From Synergistaceae bacterium (GTDB taxonomy: Bacteria > Synergistota > Synergistia > Synergistales > Synergistaceae), in the NCBI GenBank assembly GCA_031289775.1, contig JAITOY010000002.1, positions 28,337 to 92,336 of the forward strand: a DNA stretch of 64,000 bases, written 5' to 3'. Each line of letters starts with the position of its first letter. Position 1 is the stretch's first letter. The notes beneath the pieces were generated by a model that saw only the letters and a list, made by a program, of their open reading frames with translations, did not search any database and had not been told where the DNA came from. Made by a program: the position numbers and the translations under genes. This document shows, piece by piece, positions 54,533 through 64,000 of this stretch.

Positions 54533-56173
54533 ATGATTATGTCAATCTTAACAGTATTTATCGCTTTACTCGTTCTTTTTGTGTTCATGACGTTCATAGC
54601 GCTCTTGAGGCGCTACAGGCGCTGCCCGTCGGACAAGATTCTCGTCATATTCGGAAAAACTGGCGAGGGCTCCGCTAGGTGTATTCATGGAGGCGCTGCG
54701 TTCGTCTGGCCGCTCTTTCAGGATTATTCTTATCTCGACCTCACGCCAATATCCATAGATATCCCGCTCCAGGGGGCGCTCTCGCAGGAAAACATTCGAA
54801 TCGCGGCCCCGTCGACGTTCACCGTCGGCATCAGCACGGAGCCAGTCGTCATGAAAAACGCCGCCGAGAGGCTGCTCGAACTGAACCAGGCCGACGTCAG
54901 GAAAGTGGCCGAGGACATAATATTCGGCCAGTTTCGCGCCACGATAGCCACGATGAAAATCGAGGAGATAAACATGGACAGGGAGAAATTCCAGTCCGCA
55001 GTCATGGGCTCCGTCGAGGTAGAGCTCGCGAAGGTCGGCCTTCGCGTCATCAACGTCAACATAAAGGACATAGACGACGAGTCCGGTTACATAAAGGCCC
55101 TCGGCCAGAAGGCGGCGAGCGAGGCGATAAACCAAGCGAGGATCGATGTCGCGGAGCAGGAGAAAACGGGGCAGATAGGCGTCGCCGAGGCCGACAAGGA
55201 GAAGGAAATAGGCGTCGCCGAAGCCGCGAAAGAGCGGGAGATAGGCGTCGCCGGCGCGAGCAAGGAACGCGAAATCGGGCTCGCTCAGGCCGCCAAAGAG
55301 CGCGAGATAGGCATAGCCGGCGCGAACCGCGACAGGGATATAGGCATCGCCGACGCCGACAAGGACAAGGAGATCGGGCTCGCCGAGGCGGAGAAGGAGC
55401 GGGAGATAGGTATTGCGCTCGCCGCGAAGGTACGGGAAATAGCGCTCGCCGACGCGACGAAGGAACAGCGCATAGGTGTCTCCTCCGCCGACGCCCAGGC
55501 CGTAAAGGGCGAAAACATAGCGCGCCAGATAAAGGCCGACTCGGACGCGGAGCTGCGTGAGAAAGTGGCCGAGGCGAACAGGCGGGGCACGGTGGCCGAG
55601 AAGACAAAAGAGGCCGAGGCGAAACGCCTCGCGTACCAGGCCGAGATGGAGGCCGAAAAAGCGCGCGCCGAGCGCGACAAAGCGTCGAGGATCGCCGACA
55701 CGATCCCTGTGGCCGAGGCTGAAAAACAGCGCATGATAATAGAAGCGGACGCCCAGATGGAGCGCCAGAGCCGCGAGGGCCGAGGCGAGGGCGAGCGCGT
55801 CAAAAACGAGATGCTCGGCCGCGCCGAGGGCATGAAGGCCGTTTTCGACGCGAACTCCGAAGGTATAAAAAAGCTCGTCGCGGCCGCCTCCGGCGACGCA
55901 AACGCCGCCTTCCTCCTCATGATGGCCGACCGCGTCCCCGAGATGATGGGCATACAGGCCACAGCGATCTCGAACTTCAAAGTCGACAAGGTCACTGTCT
56001 GGGACTCCGGCGCGTCCGGCGGCAAGTCGATTTCGAACCTCGTCAAAGACTACGCCACAAGCCTGCCGCCGCTTCACGACCTGTTGAAGATGACGGGCGT
56101 GATGCCGCCCGGGATAATGGGCGGCGACGATAAAGCGGGTAAAGAGGCAAAAGCGGCGGAGCCTGTGGAATAA
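54533..56173 (+). CDS. Flotillin-like SPFH (band 7) domain protein with an EA-rich repeat region
   Basis: An N-terminal TM segment and the SPFH domain are followed by eleven 11-aa repeats (…KEREIGVAEAA…). Confidence 0.7.
   Translation: MIMSILTVFIALLVLFVFMTFIALLRRYRRCPSDKILVIFGKTGEGSARCIHGGAAFVWPLFQDYSYLDLTPISIDIPLQGALSQENIRIAAPSTFTVGISTEPVVMKNAAERLLELNQADVRKVAEDIIFGQFRATIATMKIEEINMDREKFQSAVMGSVEVELAKVGLRVINVNIKDIDDESGYIKALGQKAASEAINQARIDVAEQEKTGQIGVAEADKEKEIGVAEAAKEREIGVAGASKEREIGLAQAAKEREIGIAGANRDRDIGIADADKDKEIGLAEAEKEREIGIALAAKVREIALADATKEQRIGVSSADAQAVKGENIARQIKADSDAELREKVAEANRRGTVAEKTKEAEAKRLAYQAEMEAEKARAERDKASRIADTIPVAEAEKQRMIIEADAQMERQSREGRGEGERVKNEMLGRAEGMKAVFDANSEGIKKLVAAASGDANAAFLLMMADRVPEMMGIQATAISNFKVDKVTVWDSGASGGKSISNLVKDYATSLPPLHDLLKMTGVMPPGIMGGDDKAGKEAKAAEPVE
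55171..55480 (+). repeat. 33-bp tandem repeat array inside the flotillin gene (encodes repeated EIGxAxAxKER units)
   Basis: gataggcgtcgccga(g/a)gccg…aaggag… recurs about 9-10 times. It also creates the spurious antisense ORFs at 55056..56046. Confidence 0.7.
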
Positions 56174-56197
56174 AGGAGGCCGGCGAATAAATTCACT

Positions 56198-56776
56198 ATG
56201 CACAGGAGAGCGCGCGGCGATGCCATCGAAAAAAATATCGACGGACAATTTCGCGGGACAAGTCAAACGAGAATCATCGCTCTCGATATCGGAACGGTTC
56301 GGATAGGAGTCGCGGCGAGCGACCCGCTAGGTACGTTCGCGCAGGGGATCGCCGTGCTCCAGATGTCGGGCGAGTGGATGGACGAGTTGTCGGTCATAAT
56401 GAACGAGTACAGGGCGGGGAAACTCGTCGTTGGGATGCCCCGGCGAACCGACGGCTCGGACGGGCCGGAGGCTGTCAGGATGAGGAGCGTTATCGAAAGC
56501 CTGTCGGAGCGTTTTACGGGTATCGAGATTATTCCGTGGGACGAACGCTTCACGACGACGATCGCAAATCAGGCTCTTATAGGGGCGGACGTCTCGCGCA
56601 AAAATCGCAGAGGACAGGTCGACAAAGTCGCGGCGGCGCTCATCCTCCAGAACTACCTCGACTCGCTTTGCGGAGCTTCGCGGTTGGTTGGCCCGCCGGC
56701 CGAGTTCGCCGAACCAGTTTTGGATTCGAGGGACGCGGGACGAAACAAACGCAAGAAAAAAAGGGCCTATGACTAG
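56198..56776 (+). CDS. ruvX: Holliday-junction resolvase-like nuclease RuvX/YqgF (pre-16S rRNA nuclease)
   Basis: IIALDIGTVRIGVAASD… is the RNase H-like N-terminus of YqgF. The C-terminal ~45 aa are a basic extension. The true start is probably downstream of the ORF-track start. Confidence 0.65.
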   Translation: MHRRARGDAIEKNIDGQFRGTSQTRIIALDIGTVRIGVAASDPLGTFAQGIAVLQMSGEWMDELSVIMNEYRAGKLVVGMPRRTDGSDGPEAVRMRSVIESLSERFTGIEIIPWDERFTTTIANQALIGADVSRKNRRGQVDKVAAALILQNYLDSLCGASRLVGPPAEFAEPVLDSRDAGRNKRKKKRAYD

Positions 56777-56809
56777 AAAAATTCGTTCAACAACAAAAGA
56801 GGTCGAGTC

Positions 56810-59410
56810 GTGAAACTGCCGGACGGGATCAAAATAACCCCGATGCTGAAACAGTACTCCGAGTGGAAGGATAAATACCCGGACTGCTTGTTGCTTTTTC
56901 GCATGGGAGACTTCTTCGAGATGTTCTTCGAGGATGCCGTGACCGCCTCCGAGGTGCTGGATATCGCGCTCACGGCGCGAGACCAGGACAAGGCCATACC
57001 GATGGCCGGCGTCCCGCACCACGCGCTCGACGCCTATATGGGGAGGCTGATTGCCGCCGGTTTCAGGGTGGCTGTCTGCGACCAGATGACGGCGCCCGAC
57101 GGCAAGACGCTCGTCGAACGAAGCGTCGTCCGTGTGGTGACGCCCGGCACTTACGTGCCGCAGGACTTGGAGGGCGACGGCAGGCTCGCTTCGATTTTTT
57201 TCGCGGGGGAGTCGGCCGCAGTGGCGCTTCTCACGGCTGGGACAGGGCTTTTGGAGGCTGGGACATTTCCGTGCGACGAGGCATTATCGCTCGTTTTTGC
57301 GTACCGCCCCGGCGAGCTGCTTTTGGCGAAGGGGCAGGAAGTGGAGTTCGAGAGACGTCTCGAAGCCGCCCTCTCGCTCGCTGGCGAACGGCCCGTCACT
57401 GTAACGCGGGAGCGAGGCGAGTTCGCGCCAGTCGCCGCGTCCGACTGGCTCTGCCGTCGGTGGGGGGTGTCGAGCCTCATGGCGATGGGGATCGAAGACG
57501 CGGATCCCGCGGCTGGCGCGGCGGCAGCCGCTCTGAGATATCTCGAGGAGACGCAGTTCGGCGGGGCCGGCCACATCCACGGGGTGAGGCCGCTTCTGCA
57601 GGAGGGCATGCTCATACTCGACCACGCTACGCAGTCGAACCTCGAGCTTCTTGACGGAGAAACGTCGCTCTACTCCGTGCTCAACAGGTGCAAAACTCCC
57701 ATGGGGAAAAGGCTCCTGCGCGAGTGGATAATCCACCCGCTCATAAACCTCGATACTATAGCGTTTCGCCACGATTGCGTCGGATTCTTCGCCGGAGAAC
57801 CGTCATTAATGAAAAAATTATCCAGCGCGCTCTCCCTCTGTCGCGACATGGAGCGCGCGCTTGGCAGACTCAGCATGAAGGTCGGAAACCCGAGGGATCT
57901 CGGGGTCGTCCGCGACACGCTTGCCGCGATTCCTCCAATTCGCGGGATACTGGAGGAATCCGGAGCGTTTCTCCCAGACTCAATTTTTGACGAAGCGCCG
58001 GACATGTCCGAGTTGGAACTATTGCTCTGCCGCGCGCTCTCCGACGAACTGCCGAGGGCGCTTTCGGCCGGCGGGGTCATTCGCGACGGCTTCGACGAAA
58101 ACCTGGATGACGCGCGCGACGCCATAACCCACGCAGAGGAGAACCTGAAGGTCTTCGAGCAAAACGAGCGGGAGAGAACCGGAATTAAAATCAGGGTTGG
58201 CATAAACAAGGTCTTCGGCTATTACATCGAGGTGAGCCGGAACCAGGCGGATAAAGTCCCCGACGACTACGTGAGGCGGCAGACAGTTGTGAACGGCGAG
58301 CGTTTTATCAACGAGGCGCTGAAGGATATAGAGCGCCGCGCGTTTCGCGCAGAGCACGAAAGCGGCGCGCGCGAGGAGGAGCTTTATAAAAAAGTTCTCG
58401 CGTCGGCGCTCGCGGAGAGCAGGGCGTGCCAGACGCTCTCACGCGCCGTCGCTGAACTTGACGTCCTGCGTTCGCTCGCGGAGGTCGCGCGCGACAATGC
58501 CTACACGAGGCCTGAGATGGACGGCAGCAGAAAATTCGTCGCGAAAGGCGCGCGCCACCCCGTAGTCGAAAAATTTCTCGGCAACCTGCCATTCACTCCA
58601 AACGACATCGAGCTCGACCCTGACTCGCCGGATAAAGGCTGCATCGCCATAATCACCGGCCCAAATATGGCGGGCAAGTCGACGTATCTGCGCACGGCCG
58701 CATTAATCGCTCTCATGGCGCATACTGGCTCGTTCGTCCCGGCCCAGAGCGCTTGTATAGGCCTTCTCGACAGAATATTTACGAGGATCGGGGCGCGCGA
58801 CGAGCTCGCGAAGGGACGCAGCACATTTATGGTCGAGATGGTTGAAACCGCCAACATACTCAGGCACGTCACGCGCCGGAGCCTCGTGATTCTCGACGAG
58901 ATAGGGCGGGGGACGTCGACGTTCGACGGCATGAGCATAGCCTGGGCCGTCGTCGAGTTTCTCTCGCTCAACATAGACGGCCGCACAAAAGCGCTTTTTG
59001 CCACGCACTATCACGAGCTGACAAACCTGGCCCTGCCGCAGCTCGTGAACCTGAGCATGGCGGTGGACGAGTCCTCGGCCGGGATAAGATTCCTCCACAA
59101 AGTCGTCCCTTGCCCCGCGAACAGATCCTATGGCATTGAGGTAGCCAGGCTCGCCGGAGTACCGAGCATCGTCATCCGCAGGTCTCAAGAGCTGCTGGAT
59201 GAGTTCGAGAGGGATCCGGCCAAATCGAGGGAGGATCTTCAGGGCATATCGAAAAAACACGTTCAAAAGGAGATATTTTTCGACGTCGAGCGCGAGGGCG
59301 TGATTGAGCAGCTTGCGCAGACCGACCCGAACGCCATGACCCCTATGGAGGCGCTCGACCTCATATTTCGCCTCAGGGAGAAGAGCAGAAAGATCCTGGG
59401 CCTGAAATGA
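56810..59410 (+). CDS. mutS: DNA mismatch repair protein MutS
   Basis: TPMLKQYSEWKDKYPDCLLLFRMGDFFEMF (mismatch-binding domain with Phe-x-Glu), Walker A GPNMAGKST and DEIGRGTST. Confidence 0.9.
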   Translation: MKLPDGIKITPMLKQYSEWKDKYPDCLLLFRMGDFFEMFFEDAVTASEVLDIALTARDQDKAIPMAGVPHHALDAYMGRLIAAGFRVAVCDQMTAPDGKTLVERSVVRVVTPGTYVPQDLEGDGRLASIFFAGESAAVALLTAGTGLLEAGTFPCDEALSLVFAYRPGELLLAKGQEVEFERRLEAALSLAGERPVTVTRERGEFAPVAASDWLCRRWGVSSLMAMGIEDADPAAGAAAAALRYLEETQFGGAGHIHGVRPLLQEGMLILDHATQSNLELLDGETSLYSVLNRCKTPMGKRLLREWIIHPLINLDTIAFRHDCVGFFAGEPSLMKKLSSALSLCRDMERALGRLSMKVGNPRDLGVVRDTLAAIPPIRGILEESGAFLPDSIFDEAPDMSELELLLCRALSDELPRALSAGGVIRDGFDENLDDARDAITHAEENLKVFEQNERERTGIKIRVGINKVFGYYIEVSRNQADKVPDDYVRRQTVVNGERFINEALKDIERRAFRAEHESGAREEELYKKVLASALAESRACQTLSRAVAELDVLRSLAEVARDNAYTRPEMDGSRKFVAKGARHPVVEKFLGNLPFTPNDIELDPDSPDKGCIAIITGPNMAGKSTYLRTAALIALMAHTGSFVPAQSACIGLLDRIFTRIGARDELAKGRSTFMVEMVETANILRHVTRRSLVILDEIGRGTSTFDGMSIAWAVVEFLSLNIDGRTKALFATHYHELTNLALPQLVNLSMAVDESSAGIRFLHKVVPCPANRSYGIEVARLAGVPSIVIRRSQELLDEFERDPAKSREDLQGISKKHVQKEIFFDVEREGVIEQLAQTDPNAMTPMEALDLIFRLREKSRKILGLK

Positions 59411-61164
59411 CTGAAATCGACAATAATCGTATCAAAAAGCTCGGGCCGAGCATCGCGAGCAGGATAGCGGCGGGAGAGGTCATCGAGCGGCCAGTTTCGG
59501 CCGCGAAGGAGCTTCTCGAGAACTCCATCGACGCGGGGGCGACCGACGTCAGGATCAGCCTGGAGCAGGGGGGGAAGGTCTCTCTTGTCGTCGAGGACGA
59601 CGGGCGAGGCATTTTCGGTGACGACTTGCTTTTAGCCTTAGAGCGATACGCGACGAGCAAAATAAGGCGCCTCGACGACCTGGAGCGCGTCCGCACCCTT
59701 GGTTATAGGGGCGAAGCGCTTTCGAGCATCGCGGCTGTGAGCAGACTCGAACTGCGCAGCCGCGCGCGTGGGGCGGAGTCGGGCGGTTTGATCCGCTGCG
59801 AGGGCGGCGAGATTCTCTCCAACGTCGAGATACCGCTCTCGCCCGGCACGAGGGTTCAGGTGGACGACCTGTTCTACAATCTGCCGGCAAGGAAAAAGTT
59901 CATGAAAAGCGCTACGGCAGAGCTGAAGCGCATTATTCAGGTTGTGCAGGACTACGCGCTCGTCCACCCGAACGTCCGCTTCAGGGTGACGAACGACGGG
60001 AAGCAGCTCCTCGACCTCGGCGACGCGGAGACGACTGACGATGTGCTCCGGGAGCTGTGGGGCGACGAACACCGCACCGTTTCCGCGACGGTTCGCCGCG
60101 AAAGCGCGTCGGCATCGCTCTGGTGGAACAAACTGCCGGGTTCGAGGCGCGTCAACGTGACGACGTTCGTGAACGGCCGGCGGGTGCAGGACGCGACAGT
60201 GCGATCGGCCCTGAACTCGACCGGCGCGTCCATGTACGGCGAGTGGATAGTGATGATCGACATATCACCGGAGGAGGTCGACGTAAACATCCACCCTGCA
60301 AAGGCTGAGATTCGCTTCCGAAAGACCGGCCCGATATTCGAGCTCGTCCGAAGGGGAGCGCAGGAGCTGTTGCTGTCCGCCGGCGGTTTTGCGGACGGCG
60401 CCGATAAAGGATCGCCAGCGCGGATCGACCCGTGGGAGAACTACGTGCCGCAAGTGGATCCGATACGGCAGAGCGCAAAAAGCGAGGATTTTTTTTCGCC
60501 AACGCCCCCAACGACGTTCGAAGCTAAACAAGAGACGCGAGAGCGGATGCTCAAATTTCCCGGCGAGACGCCAGATACTCTCCGCAAATTTCTAGGGCAG
60601 GCTCAGGGCGGTTATCTCGTTTTCGACGACAATCGCGGGCTTTGCCTCGTAGACGCCCACGCCGCTCACGAGAGGATTCTATATGAGGAGATTGAGGACG
60701 CGTGCGCCGGGCGGGACGCGCCACGCCAGCAGCTTGTCATCGAGCAGGAGATCCCTTCGGCGATAGCGGCCGGAGTCGCGTTGCACAGGGACGAACTCGG
60801 GAGCATGGGTTTTGTGTTCAGGCTGCCGGGCGACGACGACATCGACCAGAAAGAGGCCGCAATGACCGCGGTGCCGTCTGTGAGAGGTCTTGGCAGACTC
60901 TCGCCAGTAGAGCTGCTGCGCTCGGCCCTGCGAGGAATTGAGGAGGAGGACGACCCATCGAAGCGCGACAGGGAAGTCTGGTGGAGGTGGGCGAGGACGG
61001 CCTGCCGCGACGCCATAAAACACGGCGCGTCGATCGGCCGCGACGAGGCTCTCGCTCTTTTCGACAGGCTGGAGCGCTGCCGCTCTCCTTATAGCTGCCC
61101 GCACGGCCGCCCCACAACAATTTTCCTCGCCGGCGACAGGCTCAAGAGCTGGTTCGAGAGATGA
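59407..61164 (+). CDS. mutL: DNA mismatch repair protein MutL
   Basis: It has the GHKL ATPase N-terminus (IASRIAAGEVIERPVSAAKELLENSIDAGAT…DDGRGI) and the C-terminal dimerisation domain with an endonuclease-type motif. It has a 4-nt overlap with mutS. Confidence 0.9.
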   Translation: MTEIDNNRIKKLGPSIASRIAAGEVIERPVSAAKELLENSIDAGATDVRISLEQGGKVSLVVEDDGRGIFGDDLLLALERYATSKIRRLDDLERVRTLGYRGEALSSIAAVSRLELRSRARGAESGGLIRCEGGEILSNVEIPLSPGTRVQVDDLFYNLPARKKFMKSATAELKRIIQVVQDYALVHPNVRFRVTNDGKQLLDLGDAETTDDVLRELWGDEHRTVSATVRRESASASLWWNKLPGSRRVNVTTFVNGRRVQDATVRSALNSTGASMYGEWIVMIDISPEEVDVNIHPAKAEIRFRKTGPIFELVRRGAQELLLSAGGFADGADKGSPARIDPWENYVPQVDPIRQSAKSEDFFSPTPPTTFEAKQETRERMLKFPGETPDTLRKFLGQAQGGYLVFDDNRGLCLVDAHAAHERILYEEIEDACAGRDAPRQQLVIEQEIPSAIAAGVALHRDELGSMGFVFRLPGDDDIDQKEAAMTAVPSVRGLGRLSPVELLRSALRGIEEEDDPSKRDREVWWRWARTACRDAIKHGASIGRDEALALFDRLERCRSPYSCPHGRPTTIFLAGDRLKSWFER

Positions 61165-62144
61165 CCCGCGAGGCTGGGGACGAGGCTCGTCGAACCATAT
61201 ACGCGATTATAGGCCCGACGGCGGTCGGCAAGACCAGAGCCGGCTTCGAGCTCGCCAAACGTCTGGGGGCGGAGATAATCTCCGTCGACTCGAGGCAGGT
61301 TTACCGCTATCTCGACGTCGGCACGGACAAGATCTCTATCGAGGATAGGAAAATCGTCCCTCACTACCTGATCGACGTAGCGGATCCCGACGAGGTTTTT
61401 ACTGCGGCCGACTTCGTGATGCAGGCAGAGGCCGCCATAAGGCGCGTATATGCCAGAGGCAGGATACCGATTCTGGTCGGCGGCACGCCGTTTTATTACA
61501 AGGCGCTCGCGGGCGGCGTGTTGTCCAAGTCGCTGCCGAGGGACGAATCGATACGCGTGGAGCTCGAGGAGGAGGGGGATCTCCGGGGGACTTCCACGCT
61601 TCACGAGCGCCTTTCCATAATCGACCCGGCGAGCGCGGCACGGATACACCCGAACGACCGGGTCAGGATCGTGAGGGCGCTTGAAATTCACGCGCTCACC
61701 GGACAGAGCGCCACAGAGCTCTATGCGGCGAGCGAAAAAATGGGCTCGTCCAGAATTTTTTACTTCGGCTTCAACTCGCCGAGGACGTTATTATATGAAA
61801 GAATCAGCCGCAGGGTCTCCGAACAGTTTTCGTCCGGCTATCCGGAGGAGGTGATGCGGCTCCTCGACAACGGATACTCGCGCGATCTTCCGGCGCTCTC
61901 TGGGTTCGGATACAGGGAGCTCGTTCTTTTTTTGGACGGCCAGATGACATTCGATGAGGCGCTTCAGGGCGATATAAAGTCGACCAAGGCATTTGCCCGA
62001 AGACAAATGACGTGGTTTAAACAATTTTCCCCTGTTATATGGTATGATCTATCGGCAAATTCTTTCGAAAGCACAGTAGGGGATATGGAGAAAATTATCA
62101 CAGACGAAAAAAACAATTTGAAAACGAAGTCGGACTGGGCATGA
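61161..62144 (+). CDS. miaA: tRNA dimethylallyltransferase
   Basis: P-loop GPTAVGKT, DSRQVYR, and the MiaA insertion-domain pattern. Confidence 0.85.
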   Translation: MTREAGDEARRTIYAIIGPTAVGKTRAGFELAKRLGAEIISVDSRQVYRYLDVGTDKISIEDRKIVPHYLIDVADPDEVFTAADFVMQAEAAIRRVYARGRIPILVGGTPFYYKALAGGVLSKSLPRDESIRVELEEEGDLRGTSTLHERLSIIDPASAARIHPNDRVRIVRALEIHALTGQSATELYAASEKMGSSRIFYFGFNSPRTLLYERISRRVSEQFSSGYPEEVMRLLDNGYSRDLPALSGFGYRELVLFLDGQMTFDEALQGDIKSTKAFARRQMTWFKQFSPVIWYDLSANSFESTVGDMEKIITDEKNNLKTKSDWA

Positions 62145-62974
62145 ATCTTGTGGTGGCTAGCCCGACTGGTTTGTGTTTCGGAGTCAGGCGGGCCATTGAG
62201 CAGCTTGAAAAAGCGCTTGGTCAGTATGGGACGGTTTATTCGCTCGGCAGTCCTATACACAACCCGCAGGAGGTCGGACGCCTCGCCGGACTCGGCCTGA
62301 AGCTAGTGGAAAACGCGTCCGATGTGCCAACGGAGTCTATTTCCTTTGTAAGGGCGCATGGCGTCGCAAGGGACGAGCTAGTCGACCTCTCGGAGCGCTC
62401 GCGAGTCGTTGTGGACGGCACGTGCCCATTTGTCAGAACGGCCCACGAGCGGGCGGAAACCCTCTCGAGCGAGGGATACAGGATCGTGGTAGTCGGCGAC
62501 TCGAACCACCCGGAGGTTCGCGGAATACTCGGCTACATAGACGGCGAGTCGCTAGTAATAGCGGGGGCGGAGGAGATAGACTCCGGGGCGAGGTACGGAC
62601 GCCTCGGCATATTGAGCCAAACGACGCAAAAAGAGTCGTCCCTTGCGGCAGTTGTCGCAAAATTAGTACTTATTACTGGGGAGGTTAAAGTATATAATAC
62701 CATTTGTCGTGCTACTATAGAAAGGCAGGAGTCGATTCAAAGGCTTGCACCCCAAGTCGACGGCATAGTGGTCATTGGGGGAAAAAACAGCGCCAATACG
62801 CGCAAATTGGTGGAGATCGCGGAATCGCTGAGCGTTTCCACCCTTTGGATAGAACACTCGGGGGAACTCGACCGGAGGTGGTTGGAGGGGAAGCGATCGA
62901 TAGGTGTAGCCGCCGGGGGGAGTACTCCCGACTGGCTCATAAAAGATTTAAAGGAAAAATTACAGACGCTGTAG
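62141..62974 (+). CDS. ispH: 4-hydroxy-3-methylbut-2-enyl diphosphate reductase
   Basis: The three cluster cysteines are present in context (…GLCFGVRRAI…DGTCPFV…NTICRAT…) with the HNPxE motif SPIHNPQEV. Confidence 0.85.
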   Translation: MNLVVASPTGLCFGVRRAIEQLEKALGQYGTVYSLGSPIHNPQEVGRLAGLGLKLVENASDVPTESISFVRAHGVARDELVDLSERSRVVVDGTCPFVRTAHERAETLSSEGYRIVVVGDSNHPEVRGILGYIDGESLVIAGAEEIDSGARYGRLGILSQTTQKESSLAAVVAKLVLITGEVKVYNTICRATIERQESIQRLAPQVDGIVVIGGKNSANTRKLVEIAESLSVSTLWIEHSGELDRRWLEGKRSIGVAAGGSTPDWLIKDLKEKLQTL

Positions 62975-62994
62975 GTTCGAGGAGGCTGTGACGA

Positions 62995-63999
62995 GATGGT
63001 GGATGATGTCCGCAACGAAGAATTGACAACGCAGGATACAAACGAAGAAACGATGGAAAGCATCATGGAGCAGATGGGAGGCGGCTTCGGGGATATCCAT
63101 CGCGGCAAGGTGGTCGAGGGCGTGGTTGTGGACGCTCGGGACGATGGTTGGCTCGTGGACGTGGGCTACAAATGCGAGGGTTTTCTTCCGCAGAAGGAGT
63201 GGTCTCACCGCGTTCTAGTGGAGTCCATTAAAGAACCGGCTGTGGGGGATAAGGTTCGCGTGCAGGTGACCAATATCAGCCAGGGCGAGGAGGCCCAGCT
63301 GACGCTAAGCCGCTGGCGTTGTGAATTCGACGAGAGGTGGAACCGGCTCGAAGAGGAACTCGAAAAGAGCGAAATCATCGAAGTTAGAGGCCTGCGCAAG
63401 GTAAAAGGCGGACTTATAGTAGACTGTTTCGGCATAGAGGGCTTCATTCCAATATCCCACCTCGCTGAAGAGGGCCGCGGGGTCAACCCTGGCCGCTTAG
63501 TGGACCAGACATTCACAGTCAAGGTGATAGAGCGCGACCGCCGCAAAAGGCGTTTCGTACTTTCACGCCGCTCCATCCTCGAAGAAGAACTCAATGTCGA
63601 GCGAGAGAAATTCTACGAGACTGTGCATGAAGGTGACCTGGTCGAGGGCGAAGTAAGCAGCATCACCAGTTTTGGTGTCTTCGTGAACCTCGGGGTCATA
63701 GAAGGGCTCGTCCATGTGACAGAGCTCGCGTGGCAGCGCAACGCCAAGGCTAAGGATATCGTCTCAAAGGGAGACAAAATCCAGGTCAAGGTGATTGGAA
63801 TAGACAGGGAGAAGAACAGAATATCGCTTTCAATCCGTCAGAACCTCCCGGACCCGTGGGAGACGGTCTCAGAACGGTGGCCCAAGGATACTGAGACGGA
63901 GGGCGCAGTCACCAACATGACCGACTTCGGCGCTTTCGTGGAGATAGAGCCCGGCGTCGAGGGTCTCATACACATCGGCGACTTGAGTTGGAGCCGCAT
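62995..63999 (+). CDS. rpsA: 30S ribosomal protein S1, running off the window end
   Basis: The open frame from ATG 62995 has repeated S1 motifs (GKVVEGVV…D…GFLP; GEVSSITSFGVFVNL…GLVHVTEL). It is adjacent to ispH, as in many Clostridia-like genomes where the two are fused or neighbouring. Confidence 0.75.
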
Positions 64000-64000
64000 A

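Noticed and set aside
55056-56046. Minus-strand ORFs of 183 aa and 253 aa inside the flotillin gene
   Set aside because: They are generated by the 33-bp repeat array. Their translations are Arg/Pro/Ser low-complexity.
1-64000. CRISPR arrays, rRNA genes and intact IS/transposase or integrase genes
   Set aside because: I saw no regularly spaced direct repeats and no rRNA-like or transposase/integrase-like sequences anywhere in the window.

Overview
This is a 64 kb, high-GC bacterial chromosome segment, with almost all genes on the + strand. The gene content and order suggest a peptide- and amino-acid-fermenting anaerobe. The arrangements def-fmt, xerD-pnp-pdp, mutS-mutL-miaA, ispH next to rpsA, and hisZ with a short-form hisG resemble Firmicutes or Synergistota. 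That lineage assignment is tentative. I found no CRISPR array, rRNA gene or intact transposase.

Recognisable genes, in order:
- a class IV aminotransferase (5' partial, minus strand), butyrate kinase and a class II aldolase;
- an M15 peptidase, an AMP-forming acyl-CoA ligase, an atypical radical-SAM-like protein, a PNPOx-like protein and a NitT/TauT-type ABC transporter;
- a YhaM-like HD protein, RluA, a TIGR00266 protein, def, fmt, a NUDIX hydrolase, xerD, pnp and pdp;
- a sigma factor, a PBP-like secreted protein and metF;
- a NarL-type two-component system, then a TIR-like domain protein, tRNA-Lys(UUU), tRNA-Glu(UUC) and a low-GC islet carrying a truncated C5-cytosine methyltransferase and two small ORFs;
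- a hybrid histidine kinase, an HD-GYP response regulator, an Fe-alcohol dehydrogenase, tgt and tsaC/sua5;
- a dppA (M55) plus Dpp ABC operon, and a divergent M24 peptidase;
- a CitB/DcuR-like response regulator, and a truncated ProRS-like paralog translationally coupled to hisC with a HAD hydrolase;
- hisZ, hisG, hisB, hisA and hisIE;
- mtaD-like and ahcY (divergent), alaS, a flotillin with tandem repeats, ruvX, mutS, mutL, miaA, ispH and rpsA (3' partial).

Observations most worth follow-up:
1. A TIR-like protein with an unknown C-terminal domain and an in-frame (GAAGAC)n repeat, sitting at a tRNA island junction.
2. A foreign low-GC remnant beside tRNA-Glu with a decayed dcm gene and a coupled pair of tiny ORFs, one a CxxC...CxxC zinc ribbon.
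3. A standalone unit with a consensus promoter and a terminator and no ORF, suggesting an sRNA, at about 39.6-39.8 kb.
4. A radical-SAM-like protein with a CX10CX2C motif inside an acyl-CoA ligase, PNPOx and ABC-transporter cluster.
5. An aaRS-like (ProRS core plus INS, no anticodon-binding domain) paralog embedded in the histidine locus.

Hand-derived coordinates (tRNAs, small ORFs, promoters, terminators, repeats) may be off by 1-2 nt. All functional calls come from motif recognition by eye, not from database searches.
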